Assembly (NCBI GenBank): GCA_950097015.1
Contig: CATNEN010000040.1
Span: forward strand, 1-64,000
Length of the DNA: 64,000 nucleotides
DNA from: Macrostomum hystrix
Taxonomy: Eukaryota; Animalia; Platyhelminthes
Reading direction: 5' to 3'
The translations under genes and the position numbers were made by a program. Below the pieces are notes generated by a model. That model was given only the letters and a program-made list of their open reading frames with translations. It ran no database searches and was not told the DNA's origin. Positions 52,601-64,000 of the stretch are shown here, in pieces. The number at the start of each line of letters is the position of its first letter. The stretch's first letter is position 1.

Positions 52601-52921
52601 GCCGGCCTCGGTCCAGGCCAAGGCCACGCCGACTCCGCCGGCACCGCCGCTCAACCGGTTCGAACCGGTGCCGCCGAAAGCCAGAGCCCAGCCGAAGACA
52701 AAGTAGGCTAGGACCGCTGCGCAATGTCCAAGCAGGCCCTTGGCGATTGCATTCACGGTCGATCTCGAAGGTCCAATGCCGGCTTCAGCGAAAGCAAATC
52801 CGCTCACACCAAAATGTACTATCGTGGCTAGCGTCACTGCGAAGAAGGCGTCAAACGAGGCGTTGGCGTTGGCGACTGCGAGCTGCAATGTGGCCGCTGG
52901 ACCGGCTAGTGCGTCTAGCAT
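49599..52921 (-). CDS. Ammonium transporter (Amt/MEP family), divergent; exons 52921-52480, 51642-50704, 49939-49874, 49774-49599
   Basis: AATAAAVVGGASAER, GFIQPIAAHWAW, DFAGSGVVHLTGG, GHSTPL, DDPLGVVSVHLGAGAWG and GIDRARHGEVAYP motifs. Junction phases are consistent. Confidence 0.9.
52095..52420 (+). repeat. 21-bp minisatellite, Amt intron 1 (CAGTCATAGCTGTCACTCATC)
   Basis: Direct reading. Confidence 0.93.
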
Positions 52922-54564
52922 TCCTATAAAAATCCGATCGAGCTACAGTTCAAGATTAGGTTTCCTGCAGAACTTCTTTTTAAGTGTACAAAGTCTCCCA
53001 ATGCGGTGAAGCTACTATAAATATATCTATCTAAATTTGTCACTTAGTTTCCCTAAAAAATCTGCATTATTAAGGGAAGGTTTCATGAATGAGTAAGAGA
53101 ATGAGATTGATTATTTTCTGGAACACAGTTCACCATTCGAATCTTGATTGAAATCTTTCGATTTTGGAAATCGATAATAACTATCTTTATAGTTCATACC
53201 AATACGAGCTAGCCAGTCCCTATGTGCATGTACAGAAATCTTCCCAATTATTCGCGACAGAAATTAAGTCAGTTCGATAGTATATTTCACTGGATCTTTA
53301 TATTAAAGGCTAAGAGAAAATATATACCACCATGCAAATATGCAAACTATGCATTTTTTCAGAAGTTTTATGACGTAGCCTACTAAGATGTAAAATAATC
53401 TATAGTATTCGGCGATGAACAAGTACAAGTTAGTTAATCCTACCTTATGTTGTCGCTGTACCCGGGCTGTTTTGCCTTTATTGGCAGGAATAAGTGCAGT
53501 GCTGACTAATTCAGTGAGTGATTGTCAAATCACATAACTTGGCTTTTCAGAATAAAGCACTAATTCGTTTCTTTATGTCAATCCAGTGTTTGTTTGTCAG
53601 GGATTCTGGAAAAAATAATGCTAGCCTAAAGATCAATACATGTGTAGCCGACTCTGGGTTCCTAAATTAGCTGTGTAAAACCAACAAATAATTTGATTTG
53701 CAACAAAAAATAAGAAAACGTAACTAGGTGTATTATATTTGTGAATTGCTACATATACAAGAATAAGCAACAAATATATTTGTTATAAATGGTGCTAAGT
53801 TTTCCAGAAAAACTATAGGAAATGCCAAGGACAAACTAAGAAGGACGGGACTGACTGCTTATAAGTTTTTATTGGAAGCGGATCCAATGGTGTTTTTTAA
53901 GTATTTCGCAAAACATGTGCTTTAAAGAATTTTAGAAAGCTTCATCCATAAATAATTTGTCTTCATTTTATTTTCGTTTATTTATCATAAAACACAATTA
54001 CTATCTCATGACTAGCTCAATTTCACAGTAACTTTCTAATTAAGTATGTGTAGGCCTATTACAAGAATTGTTTAGAATTTTTTCATTAAAAAATCAGTAG
54101 GTCAAGCTAAAGATAAGCTAATTTTATGTCGGATTGGTTGCTCTTGTTATTCACAATAAATTAGCGAAAATAAAAAAAACGTTTAATTGCATGTTATTAT
54201 TCATCTAGTGGTCCTTGGTGCCACATGGAAGGTGGACATTTGATCCAGTTCAATTAATTAACCAAATGGGGAGATAAGACAGTACGTGATAAGAGATAAG
54301 AAATGGTAGATATTAGATAGAGGACAGAGATGAAACAGCAGAAAGGGGAGAGAAGACACAAGAGATATGAGACTGGGTAGACCCTAGCAATAGGTTTTAA
54401 TTTGGATAGCATTTACTACCCAAGTTATTGACTTGTTACCGTCAGTCATTAATCATTTGGCCAAAGTTGGTACCAAACTGGATTATATTCATAACTAGGC
54501 CTATGTATTAACCCTTATAAATAGCATGGTTGTACACAGTATGGCTGTATGTAGTATGTTCATA

Positions 54565-54846
54565 CCATACATGCGCAACCTCCCAAATCTTATCCGGCCA
54601 TGCGACTTAGTTTTTGCTCTCATTTGCGACTTAGTTCATTTCATTGCTCTATTTATGACTTAGTTTGCTCTCATTTGCTCTCTTTTTCTCTCCCCTTTTT
54701 CCTTTTCTTCACGCCTTCCTTTTTTGTCCCTTGGTCCCCCCTTTGATTTTTTGCGCTTGGTCTATTGGTTTTTGCGACTTACCTTGCTTGGCCCTCGTTT
54801 CACCCGGCCGGTTCGGCTGGGTCGGCCGGGTGTTGCGCATGTATGG
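54565..54846. mobile_element. 282-bp MITE of unclear superfamily
   Basis: Perfect 15-bp TIR CCATACATGCGCAAC, flanked by TTCATA on both sides. Internal TGCGACTTA repeats. Confidence 0.8.
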
Positions 54847-55815
54847 TTCATACACAGTATAGAAATTAAAGTGCAAAAATAGTTTACATGCTATTTAAAT
54901 GTTAAATAAACATGCATGCACTAAATAACCTTTAGGCTATATATCAACTTATTCTAGTAGGAGTATTTCTTCAGAGTTTTTAATATATGGTCATGGAGCC
55001 ATAGTTTTTTTATTGCTAGGCCTAAGCTAGGGGTGTAAATAGAAAGGTGATTTTTGGCAAAGACAGTTGTGTAGGCCTATAGCATAAATTAAATTTCTTT
55101 TTATACTTAGACTCTGTAAATCTAACACTACTATTGGTGTCTTGCATAGATTGCCTACACAGGTATTTTTGTGAAATGTTAATTAGGGTACTCATGCAAT
55201 ATATAGCCATAGGGTTATTTTTAGTACTAAGTTACTAGACTTTCTCAAACAATTCCATACTATTTAGTGTATATTTATTGTAACACTCTATAATTTTTAT
55301 TGGCAGCATATATTTTCTTAGTATTAAATAAAACTGCTTTAGTTATAAAAACAATCCCATAGTGAATTTTAGTCTGATTGTTATCCAAAGTATGTTTTTT
55401 CAAGGATGGCTTATATAAATGGGAGATAGAAAATTAGTCAGAGTTTTCATTGGTTAGGGTTTAGGGTACAATTTTAAAATGGAATTCCAATTTATTCAAA
55501 AATTAGGCAAGCTGATTAACAACAAGGGTCAGCTAAATAGTATAGTTTGCGCTTGTGCAACAATGACAAAGAAAAGTGAGATAAGATACAAAAATGAGAG
55601 AGAGAGAGCAGCAACCAAGAGAGTAATATGAGTTTTTCATAATAAATAATCTATAAATGTGTGTAAATTGAATGAAATGTGTAAATCAGTGAATCAGAAA
55701 AACAAAAAGACTAAAAATGTTGTATGTATTTCAAATGCAACAAATATACAAAGAGGTTAGAAAGTTAGTGTGTTGTTTAAGGTAATTGCAAGTGAACAAG
55801 CTGGCAGAGCATAAC

Positions 55816-58740
55816 ATGGAGTTAAATGAAGAAGGCAAAGCACCACAGGACAGTAGTGAAGAAGCTGATGAATTTATTCAAGTAGAACAAGAATCAGATG
55901 CAGAAATGACAGCAGAAGAAGTTTGAGCTTTGAGAAACGAGCTGTAGCAGTTGAGGCTCAAGAGAACGACTGCACAAATCCCAAATATTGATCAGGCTGA
56001 ACAGCTAAGGCCAGGTAGATATAAGATTGGTGCACCATTTGCACAATATTTAATCCAGTTTGAGTTGATGATGAATACCTATGGACTGTCAGAGCGGGAG
56101 AAAGCATGTATCTTACCAGCTTTCCTGCAAGCGAACACTCTGAGCGTGTATGCAACACAGCCAGAGGCAGTAAGACAAGACTACAGACAGCTCTCAGCAG
56201 CCCTTAGAGCTGCATTCAACACCCAATCAGAGAATAGACAAGCGGCCCAGGTGCAGCTATGGGCAAGGAAAATGGCATCAGATGAGGATGTGAATAAGTT
56301 CATAGCAGACATCAGACGTCTGGCAGAGAACGCAGTCTACCAAGAAGGAGCTCTAGATAGTTAAGACAATGCAGCGAGAACAGCTAGGCAGGCGAGAAAC
56401 GGAGCAATTCTCCAAGACACATTGATTGCCACGGTGAAGCAAAATGCTACACCTAGCCTAAGGCGCTATCTGATGACAAGGAATAGCAACATCGTGGAAG
56501 AACTGCTGAAACAGGCGCTCCTTTGGCAATCAATGAAGGAGTAAGACGACGAGGAGAATGCGAAGAGACAACTGATAGCAAAAATTGGAGAGTTAAGACA
56601 GGAAAGAGAAAAGCTGGAAGAAATCAAGGTAGTCAAGGCCCAGAATCCGATGGAGCAGAAAAAGGAATTGCAATTCCAGTGGTGCGACAGAAAAGGACAT
56701 TCAGCTGTAGACTGCTACAAACTGCAGAAGAGTAATCAACAAGATCCAAGGGGAACAGGGGACTTACTCCCACCGTTTCAATGGCACCATCACTATTGGC
56801 CAAGACTGTATTCAGCACAGATAAGATCGCAACAGAGGAGGAGTGACATGTGCTTTAAAAACCACCAATCCAGCTTGTGCTAAAACGACGAGAGAACTGG
56901 CAAACAGGATTTCTAAACACCAAATCTATGAGAATCTAGAAAGATGTGGAAAAGACCAATATTACTTTCTACAGAAAGGAAACAGACTATTCCGTGTCGA
57001 CCAACATTTTTCGAAGTTTGAACCAGTGCTTGTCAAAACTCTCACTGATAATGTGTGGAAATACAGGCTAGAGCAACCGTGGGAATCACCAAGACTGATA
57101 TTTCAAGCCATAGAAGACTATAACATGTCAAACATTTAAAGACCCCGTCACGATGTCAGAAATGTATAGACAGATGTTAGATCATGGAGCACTTCTAAGA
57201 ACTTTGTTTACTTCACCGAAGATAAAAAGAGTAAAGCGATCAAAATTACCACCGTTGGACGCAGAAGAAGCAAGAGAAACCATATGGCCATCGACCTGGT
57301 GGGCAGGTTTGAAACTAGACTTCCACAACATTTTCGTTATGATAGCCGCGACACTGACATACATCGCCATGACAGTGAAACTTCTGCGATGTATAACAAA
57401 AAGGCAGAGGGCGGCAATTCTAGAAATAGAAATGCAAGAAAACCCCACCTTAAGAACAAGTGAAAGGCTGCCAGAGGAAAGACAGCCGTTGCACAGGGCA
57501 GGACCAAGTAGGAAGCCACCGGAACCAGACAGACGAGAGCCATCGGCTCCACCGAAATATCGCGAATAAAAATTGAGCTGGCCACCTCCTTTGTATGTAG
57601 TGCCGGACATACGCACACTGAACTACCAGGCGATAATAGGAATCGATTTTTTCAAAAAAAATTAAACAAAGAAATGACAGTAAACTATCAGGTAGGAAAA
57701 TTGACACTAGACAGCGAAAACTATGAGATAATGACACTAGAGGAGGAAGAAACGGAAGGACGGGACGAACGGAGAGTGCAACTGATAAGAACTGCAAGTT
57801 ACAACCATACACAGAAGGCAGAGTAGAGATGGATATTCTAGGATCAGATAATGCAGACGATAACGCTCTATTCAAACCCAAAGAAGAACTGTTGCAAAGA
57901 AAGAATTTAATGATGACACCCGAAATTCTGACCATAAAAAGGGAAGGTCACAAATTACGGTACTTAATAACAACCCAAAGGAAACAAGCGTTGCATGCCT
58001 TGAAAATAATGGGAGAATACGAGAAGGAATTCGAGGTGCCAGAAATCATTAACATCGAAGAAGAGGACGAAGAGATAACAAGGGACAAGTTTGACTGAAT
58101 GATTGACCTTAAACAAGCATCACTTACCGATGAGCAGAAGGATAAGGTCAGACAAGTGCTGTGGAAATTTAAAGCGGCATTCTGTATAACCGAAGAGGAC
58201 ATAGACCATTCAGAAGTGATCAAGCACCAACTACAGTTGAAACCAGGCGCGGAGCTAAAATTAACAAAGCGATACCCGGAAAGCCTTAAACTAGCTTAGC
58301 TTAGTTGTGATTAACTGCACCAAGATTGCTGATTCAATCTTAAGAGCCTTTCAAAGAATAAGTTAGTGTAGTATAGAATGTACGACTACGAATTTGATTA
58401 TATAGACGACGTGACCATAGACGAGGAGACAGTGACCCAAGCGGAGCAAGAACCAGTGTTCAAGAAATATATAAGTAGGTTAGAGAAAGGGGGAATGAGT
58501 GGTAGAAGGCAGGACACCAAAAATAATTAAAGACGCGAAATCAATCAATAAACACAGCAGAATAGGAGGGTAGGAGAGGTTGGGCAGGTAAAGGAAAGGT
58601 CCAAAGTCACTTATGTACAAGTTTACGAGACGTTAAAATGTACATAGAGGAAGCACGGAGGGGGACAATTAGAGGGTAAGAAATAATGAAGGTTCGTTAA
58701 CCAGGAAAAAATTTAACGCGACACAGTAAGCGTAGGCCAG
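55816..58740 (+). mobile_element. Degenerate Ty3/Gypsy LTR retrotransposon (gag, env-like block, protease C-half, pre-RT linker, integrase-proximal remnants)
   Basis: Gag-like frame from ATG 55816 with four in-frame stops and a decayed zinc knuckle (FQWCDRKGHSAVDC). LYVVPD...IIGIDFF protease end. LTDEQKDKVRQVLWKFKAAF...IKHQLQLKPGA pre-RT linker. Confidence 0.8.
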
Positions 58741-58741
58741 G

Positions 58742-59444
58742 TGTGGCCCAGTTTGAAGAAGGGGCAGGTATGGGAGATAGAAAATGAGTCTAGCTTCAAG
58801 GAGGGAGGGCTCCGGGGCGAGCGACAGCGGCAGCGAACGACGGCGAGAAACAGCGGATCGACAACAATCGATATCAGCAAGCGTTTACAGCAAAGGGCGC
58901 GCCAACTCTATGCGAAGCGCAGGTCTCAGTCTGGCATCGAGTGACGATAAGAAAAAAAACTCAAGTGGCCGAGCCTGGGGCCTGTCAAGATTAAAAACTG
59001 CTGACGCGGAGGAGACGGCGCAGACGAAAGCAGACGACAAGGCAGCGGAGGGCGGGAGCGAATCAAGCGAATGATAGCGGCTACATTAATACATGCGTTT
59101 GAAGAAGGGGCAGGTATGGGAGATAGAAAATGAGTCTAGCTTCAAGGAGGGAGGGCTCCGGGGCGAGCGACAGCGGCAGCGAACGACGGCGAGAAACAGC
59201 GGATCGACAACAATCGATATCAGCAAGCGTTTACAGCAAAGGGCGCGCCAACTCTATGCGAAGCGCAGGTCTCAGTCTGGCATCGAGTGACGATAAGAAA
59301 AAAACTCAAGTGGCCGAGCCTGGGGCCTGTCAAGATTAAAAACTGCTGACGCGGAGGAGACGGCGCAGACGAAAGCAGACGACAAGGCAGCGGAGGGCGG
59401 GAGCGAATCAAGCGAATGATAGCGGCTACATTAATACATGCGTT
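58742..59444 (+). repeat. Candidate LTR (58742-59085, TGTGGCC...GGCTACA) plus near-complete tandem duplicate (period ~346 bp)
   Basis: Direct repeat 58751-59096 / 59097-59441. TG...CA inverted termini and an ATTAAA signal. No matching 5' LTR found. Confidence 0.55.
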
Positions 59445-60278
59445 ACCGTAATGTGATACTAGTATTAACAATGAACTAACTATTATAAATTAGAGACGAG
59501 AAATCTTGTCCTGAACACAATTGCTTTGATAAAAAAACTGCTGACATGATTCCATTATAAATATATTGAGCCTAGAAAGGTTTTCTGTATCCCCTGGCAG
59601 CTCGAAGCGAGATCCGAAGTATAAACTGAGAAGACTACAACTCGACTACTATTTGTTCGGAGCGACCAAGTCTTGATAGTCTGGGCAGACGCTTTTGACT
59701 AAAACTTATTATTGTAATCCAACAAAGAAGAGAAGAACCAAGAAACCCCATATATGTCCTGTAAAATTTCTTTCTTCTAGTGATTTATGAATAGGCACCA
59801 AAATTTTTCTTTATTTTAAAATTAGTTTTTTATACCTAGGTTCGCAATCTGTTTCAGGTACTATTCATAAGCTTGGCTAGCTGAAAGCAACTGCTTTATC
59901 TATTAAATGGCTTTGAACTGGTACCTCAGAAGAAAAGTGAGGGCTGTTGTAGTTTTTTAGAATTAACTTAGATACATTGGCAAATGTGAAACTCCGAAAG
60001 CTTTAGTTTAGTAAGTTTATGACTTCTTTATTGTTTATGATCTAGATACATTTTTTTTGTTCTATTCCCATGTTCTCTTGTTATAGAAATCGCCTATATT
60101 GTATGTGGCCAAATTAAAAATGTAGTCTTATAGTCTTCTAAGGTAATAAATTAATCACTAATATCTATTGCCAAATTAGTTTCATGCCTGTGCGAAACTT
60201 TTTGTAATTTTATTAGCCAATTTGTTTTTTATATGACTACTGTCTATACACTAATAAGTAGTCAGCAAAGCAAATTCA

Positions 60279-60437
60279 AATCCCCTTAGCAATAAAGTTA
60301 AGCTTAATAAAAATACGTGTATAATTGTCCCCATATTTGGCATCTTTTGGTGAAGAAATTGTGAAAATCGGTTAAGCCGTCCGGTAGAAAATAAATTACA
60401 AGCAAGCAAGCAAGATTTACACTTTTATTATATAAGA
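60279..60437 (-). mobile_element. 5' fragment of the same Helitron family
   Basis: Minus strand reads A|TCTTATATAATAAAAG, (GCTT)n, AACCGATTTTCAC...CACCAAAAGATGCCAAATATGGGGACAATTATACACG, matching 6693-6870. Confidence 0.85.
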
Positions 60438-60524
60438 TTTATTATATGACTATTGTCTATGCACTAATAAGTAGTCAGCAAACCAAATTCATGTTACCAC
60501 ATCCTACAAATATTTACTCTTCAG

Positions 60525-61958
60525 GCTGGCCTAGACGAAAACAGCTACGAAAAGGCGGAGAGCATTGCTCGCTACCTACTACAGCTGACTAAGCAACGAC
60601 CCGACCTAGCTGTGGTCCTGGGATCTGGACTCGGCGGCCTTGGCGACTCCCTCACTGACAAACTGGTGCTGCCCTACACCAGCATTCCCGGCTTCCCGAC
60701 CAGCACCGTAGCCGGTCACCATGGCAACCTGATTTTCGGCAAAGCCGGCGAGCGCTCCGTGGTGCTGATGCAGGGCAGGTTTCATGCCTACGAGGGCTAC
60801 TCTGTGCACCAGGTAATGATCGTTCCGCTGAACCTTTCTCAGTGGCCCCGAGGCATTCCATCATGGCTCTAAACTACTTCGCCCTCAAACCAGGTGACGC
60901 TGCCTATGCGAGTGTTCCGCCTAATGGGCGTGCGAGCCGTGCTGCTAACCAACGCCGCTGGCGGCCTCAACCGCGACTACGCCGTCGGCGATGTGATGCT
61001 GCTGCGCGACCACCTCAACCTGCCCGGCCTGGTTGGCTGCAATCCGTTGCGCGGTCCTAACGACGACCGGTTCGGGCCGAGATTCCCGGCCACTTCGGAT
61101 GTGTACGATAAGCGCCTGCGAGACCAGCTGAGCCAGGCCTTTGAGAGCTGCAGCTTTCCGGGGGCCACTAGGCTGGGCGTGTACGCCTATCAGCAGGGTC
61201 CGTGCTACGAATCCGTGACCGAGTGCCGCATGCTCATCACCATGGGAGCCGATGCTGTTGGTGAGAATAACTGACTGATTGCAGCAGCTAAAGTGGAATG
61301 ACTAAGATACTTCAAACTGTGTACATCAAGTCAAAACACAAGGCGAGAGAAGTCACAAATCACAAATAGAGTTACACTTAGGACATGAGTAGTGTCAGGA
61401 AAGACAAGAATAATGACAGGAAGGACAAGAATAATGACAGGAAGGACAAGAGTATTGACAGGAAGGACAAGAATAATGGCAGGAAGGACAAGAATAATGA
61501 CAGGAAGGACAAGAATAATGACAGGAAGGACAAGAATAATGACAGGAAGGACAAGAATAATGACAGGAAGGACAAGAATAATGACAGGAAGGACAAGAGA
61601 GGTGACATTAAACTACTATCAGAGTTGCGTGAAGTGTCAGGCAGGACGCGAAGAAAGATCCAAAATCTAGGAGTAGTGGAAAGATTGAAACTCACTAAGT
61701 GGTGACAGAACGGCAGCAAAGGCGTCCCTGACCCCAACATCTCGTCTGGCAGGCATGTCCACTGTGCCCGAGGCCATTGTGGCGCACCACGCCGGCATGA
61801 GAGTAGTGGCCTTCTCCTTGGTAACAAACATGGCCCTGCTAGACTGGGACTCAACTGAGAAGGCCAACCACGCCGAGGTGCTGCAGACCGGGCAGCTCAG
61901 AGCCGATCAGCTAAAGAGCAGTGTTGCTCATTTTATGAACAATTTGAGTCTAGACTGA
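60525..61958 (+). CDS. PNP: Purine nucleoside phosphorylase; exons 60525-60812, 60894-61260, 61753-61958
   Basis: GSGLGG, IPGFP.STVAGHHG.L, MQGRFHAYEG, TNAAGGLN, GPCYES, GADAVGMSTVPE, SLVTN and NHAEVL motifs. No in-frame ATG upstream of the acceptor. Confidence 0.95.
61385..61600 (+). repeat. 21-bp minisatellite, PNP intron 2
   Basis: GACAGGAAGGACAAGAATAAT units. Confidence 0.92.
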
Positions 61959-62429
61959 CCGCAGTCTTTGTCGGCACCTTGAGTAACTGGCTGATGGAAA
62001 AATAACCGAATTTTCCATTGTTTTTTTCGATTCTCTGTTTGATTGATTGGTTCTAGTGTGTATTCACGTACACATATAATGAACAAAAAAGTACGATTAA
62101 GTCCAATACTTATTTCTCTAATGCAGTAGCAAATTTTCTAATTTTTTACTAACAAAGCGGTAAAACTTTATTCAACCAATTGATTCCTACTGATTCTAGG
62201 CCACTAGGCCATAAGCTATGCGTGATGCTTAGTTCTTTTGTTATTTGAATCTCCGTTTATGATTTCACTTTTGTTTGGCTTTGTGGCCAGTTGAACAAGC
62301 TGTTTGCTTGTTTCATTTCTATTTCTTTACCGAACAGATTTTTCTGTTTTGATATTTTATTCTCGATATTTTAGTGTCAAGTTTTTAATTAAAATTAATA
62401 GTATGACAGCTCAAGAGCTTAAGAGTGAA

Positions 62430-63160
62430 AAGGAACAGTGAGGGTGACAAGAAACAGCCGAGAGTGACAAGAAACAGAGGAGTTTGACAAGGAACAGAGG
62501 AGTTTGACAAGGAACAGAGGAGAGTGACAAGAAACAGAGGAGAGTGACAAGGAATAGAGGAGAGTGACAAGGAACAGAGGAGAGTGACAAGGAACAGAGG
62601 AGAGTGACAAGGAGCAGAGAAGAGTGACAAGGAGCAGAGAAGAGTGACAAGGAGCAGAGAAGAGGCACAAGAAACAGCGGAGAGTGACAAGGAGCAGAGA
62701 AGAGTGACAAGGAACAGAGGAGAGTGACAAGAAACAGAGGAGAGTGACAAGGAACAGAGGAGAGTGACAAGGAACAGAGGAGAGTGACAAGGAGCAGAGA
62801 AGAGTGACAAGGAGCAGAGAAGAGTGACAAGGAGCAGAGAAGAGGCACAAGGAACAGAGGAGAGTGACAAGAAACAGCGGAGAGTGACAAGGAGCAGAGA
62901 AGAGTGACAAGGAGCAGAGAAGAGGCACAAGGAACAGAGGAGAGTGACAAGAAACAGCGGAGAGTGACAAGGAGCAGAGAAGAGTGACAAGGAACAGAGG
63001 AGATTGACAAGAAACAGAGGAGTTTGACAAGAAACAGAGGAGTTTGACAAGAAGCAGGAGAGTGACAAGGAACAGAGGAGAGTGACAAGAAACAGAGGAG
63101 AGTGACAAGGAATAGAGGAGAGTGACAAGGAACAGAGGAGAGTGACAATGAGCAAATGAG
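62430..63160 (+). repeat. 20-bp purine-rich minisatellite (GAGAGTGACAAGGARCAGAR)
   Basis: Direct reading. Confidence 0.93.
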
Positions 63161-63639
63161 AGTTTGTTGTTTTGACTTGCAATCAATAAAGAGAGTTCGT
63201 GGGCAAGAAGCTTGTATTTAAATTTATTAACCTAATTTTATACTTTTTATCAATAATTGAATCTGCAGTTTCTCAGTTTTGTTCTGCCTTTTATTAACTT
63301 TGAATGGCTCAAAAAGTTTTTGATCGCTTCATATACACCTGCTGGCTATATGGCTTTTGTACACTCAGAAGAACTTTGATTAGCTGAAATACAACGTTAG
63401 AAATTTATCTAACTGCACTATTTTTTGCTTTGTGTTTTCTCTCCACTTATTCGTTGGTCGATGATGTCAGAATTTTTACACGAAATTACACGACTCGTGA
63501 GCTTGGGCTATTTTATTTAACTTAATTAAACGTAGGGAACACATCTGAATTACTTTTTCTATTATATACTATGCAAAGACGACAACCGACTAAGCAAAAT
63601 GATCCGCAAATTTATTGATAAGTAACAGTAAAGTGTAAT

Positions 63640-64000
63640 CAGGAGCATTAAAGAGTGATCAGGAACAGCAGGGAGTGATCAGGAACAGCAGGGAGTGATC
63701 AGGAACAGCAGGGAGTGATTAGAAACACAAAGGAGTGATCAGGAACAGTAAGGGGTGATTAGAAACACAAAGGAGTGATCAGGAACAGTAAGGGGTGATT
63801 AGAAACACAAAGGAGTGATCAGGAACAGTAAGGAGTGATTAGAAACACAAAGGAGTGATCAGGAACAGTAAGGAGTGATTAGAAACGCAAAGGAGTGATC
63901 AGACACAGTAAGGAGTGATTAGAAACACAAAGGAGTGATCAGGAACAGTAAGGGGTGATTAGAAACACAAAGGAGTGATCAGGAACAGTAAGGAGTGATT
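63640..64000 (+). repeat. 20-bp minisatellite with 40-bp dimer (GGAGTGATCAGGAACAGTAA / GGAGTGATTAGAAACACAAA), runs off window
   Basis: Direct reading. Confidence 0.92.

Noticed and set aside
58400-58420. YIDDV as a reverse transcriptase active site
   Set aside because: The flanking sequence resembles the RNase H-integrase linker, and no other RT motifs surround it.

Overview
Eukaryotic (metazoan) genomic DNA. The GC-rich exons, AT-rich spacers and minisatellite-filled introns resemble a free-living flatworm such as Macrostomum; this is an inference, not a database result. Positions 1-16568 are three head-to-tail copies of a non-autonomous Helitron-like element (TC...hairpin-CTAG), each carrying a 23-bp and an 18-bp satellite array. 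All long ORFs there are repeat artefacts. Seven host genes follow. On the minus strand are CEBPZ/Noc1, a claudin-like gene and PPAN/Ssf1. On the plus strand are DNAJC9 and HEATR6 (one apparent frameshift). A divergent Amt ammonium transporter lies on the minus strand and PNP on the plus strand. Interspersed are a hAT MITE, a second MITE, SINEs, a LINE RT relic, a rearranged Gypsy relic with an env-like block and a candidate LTR, and many minisatellites. The most notable pattern is that every gene's first coding exon starts at a splice acceptor. Four of the seven have no in-frame ATG and begin exactly in phase 0, as expected if a spliced leader ending in AUG supplies the start codon. Exon boundaries were read by eye and repeat boundaries are approximate.
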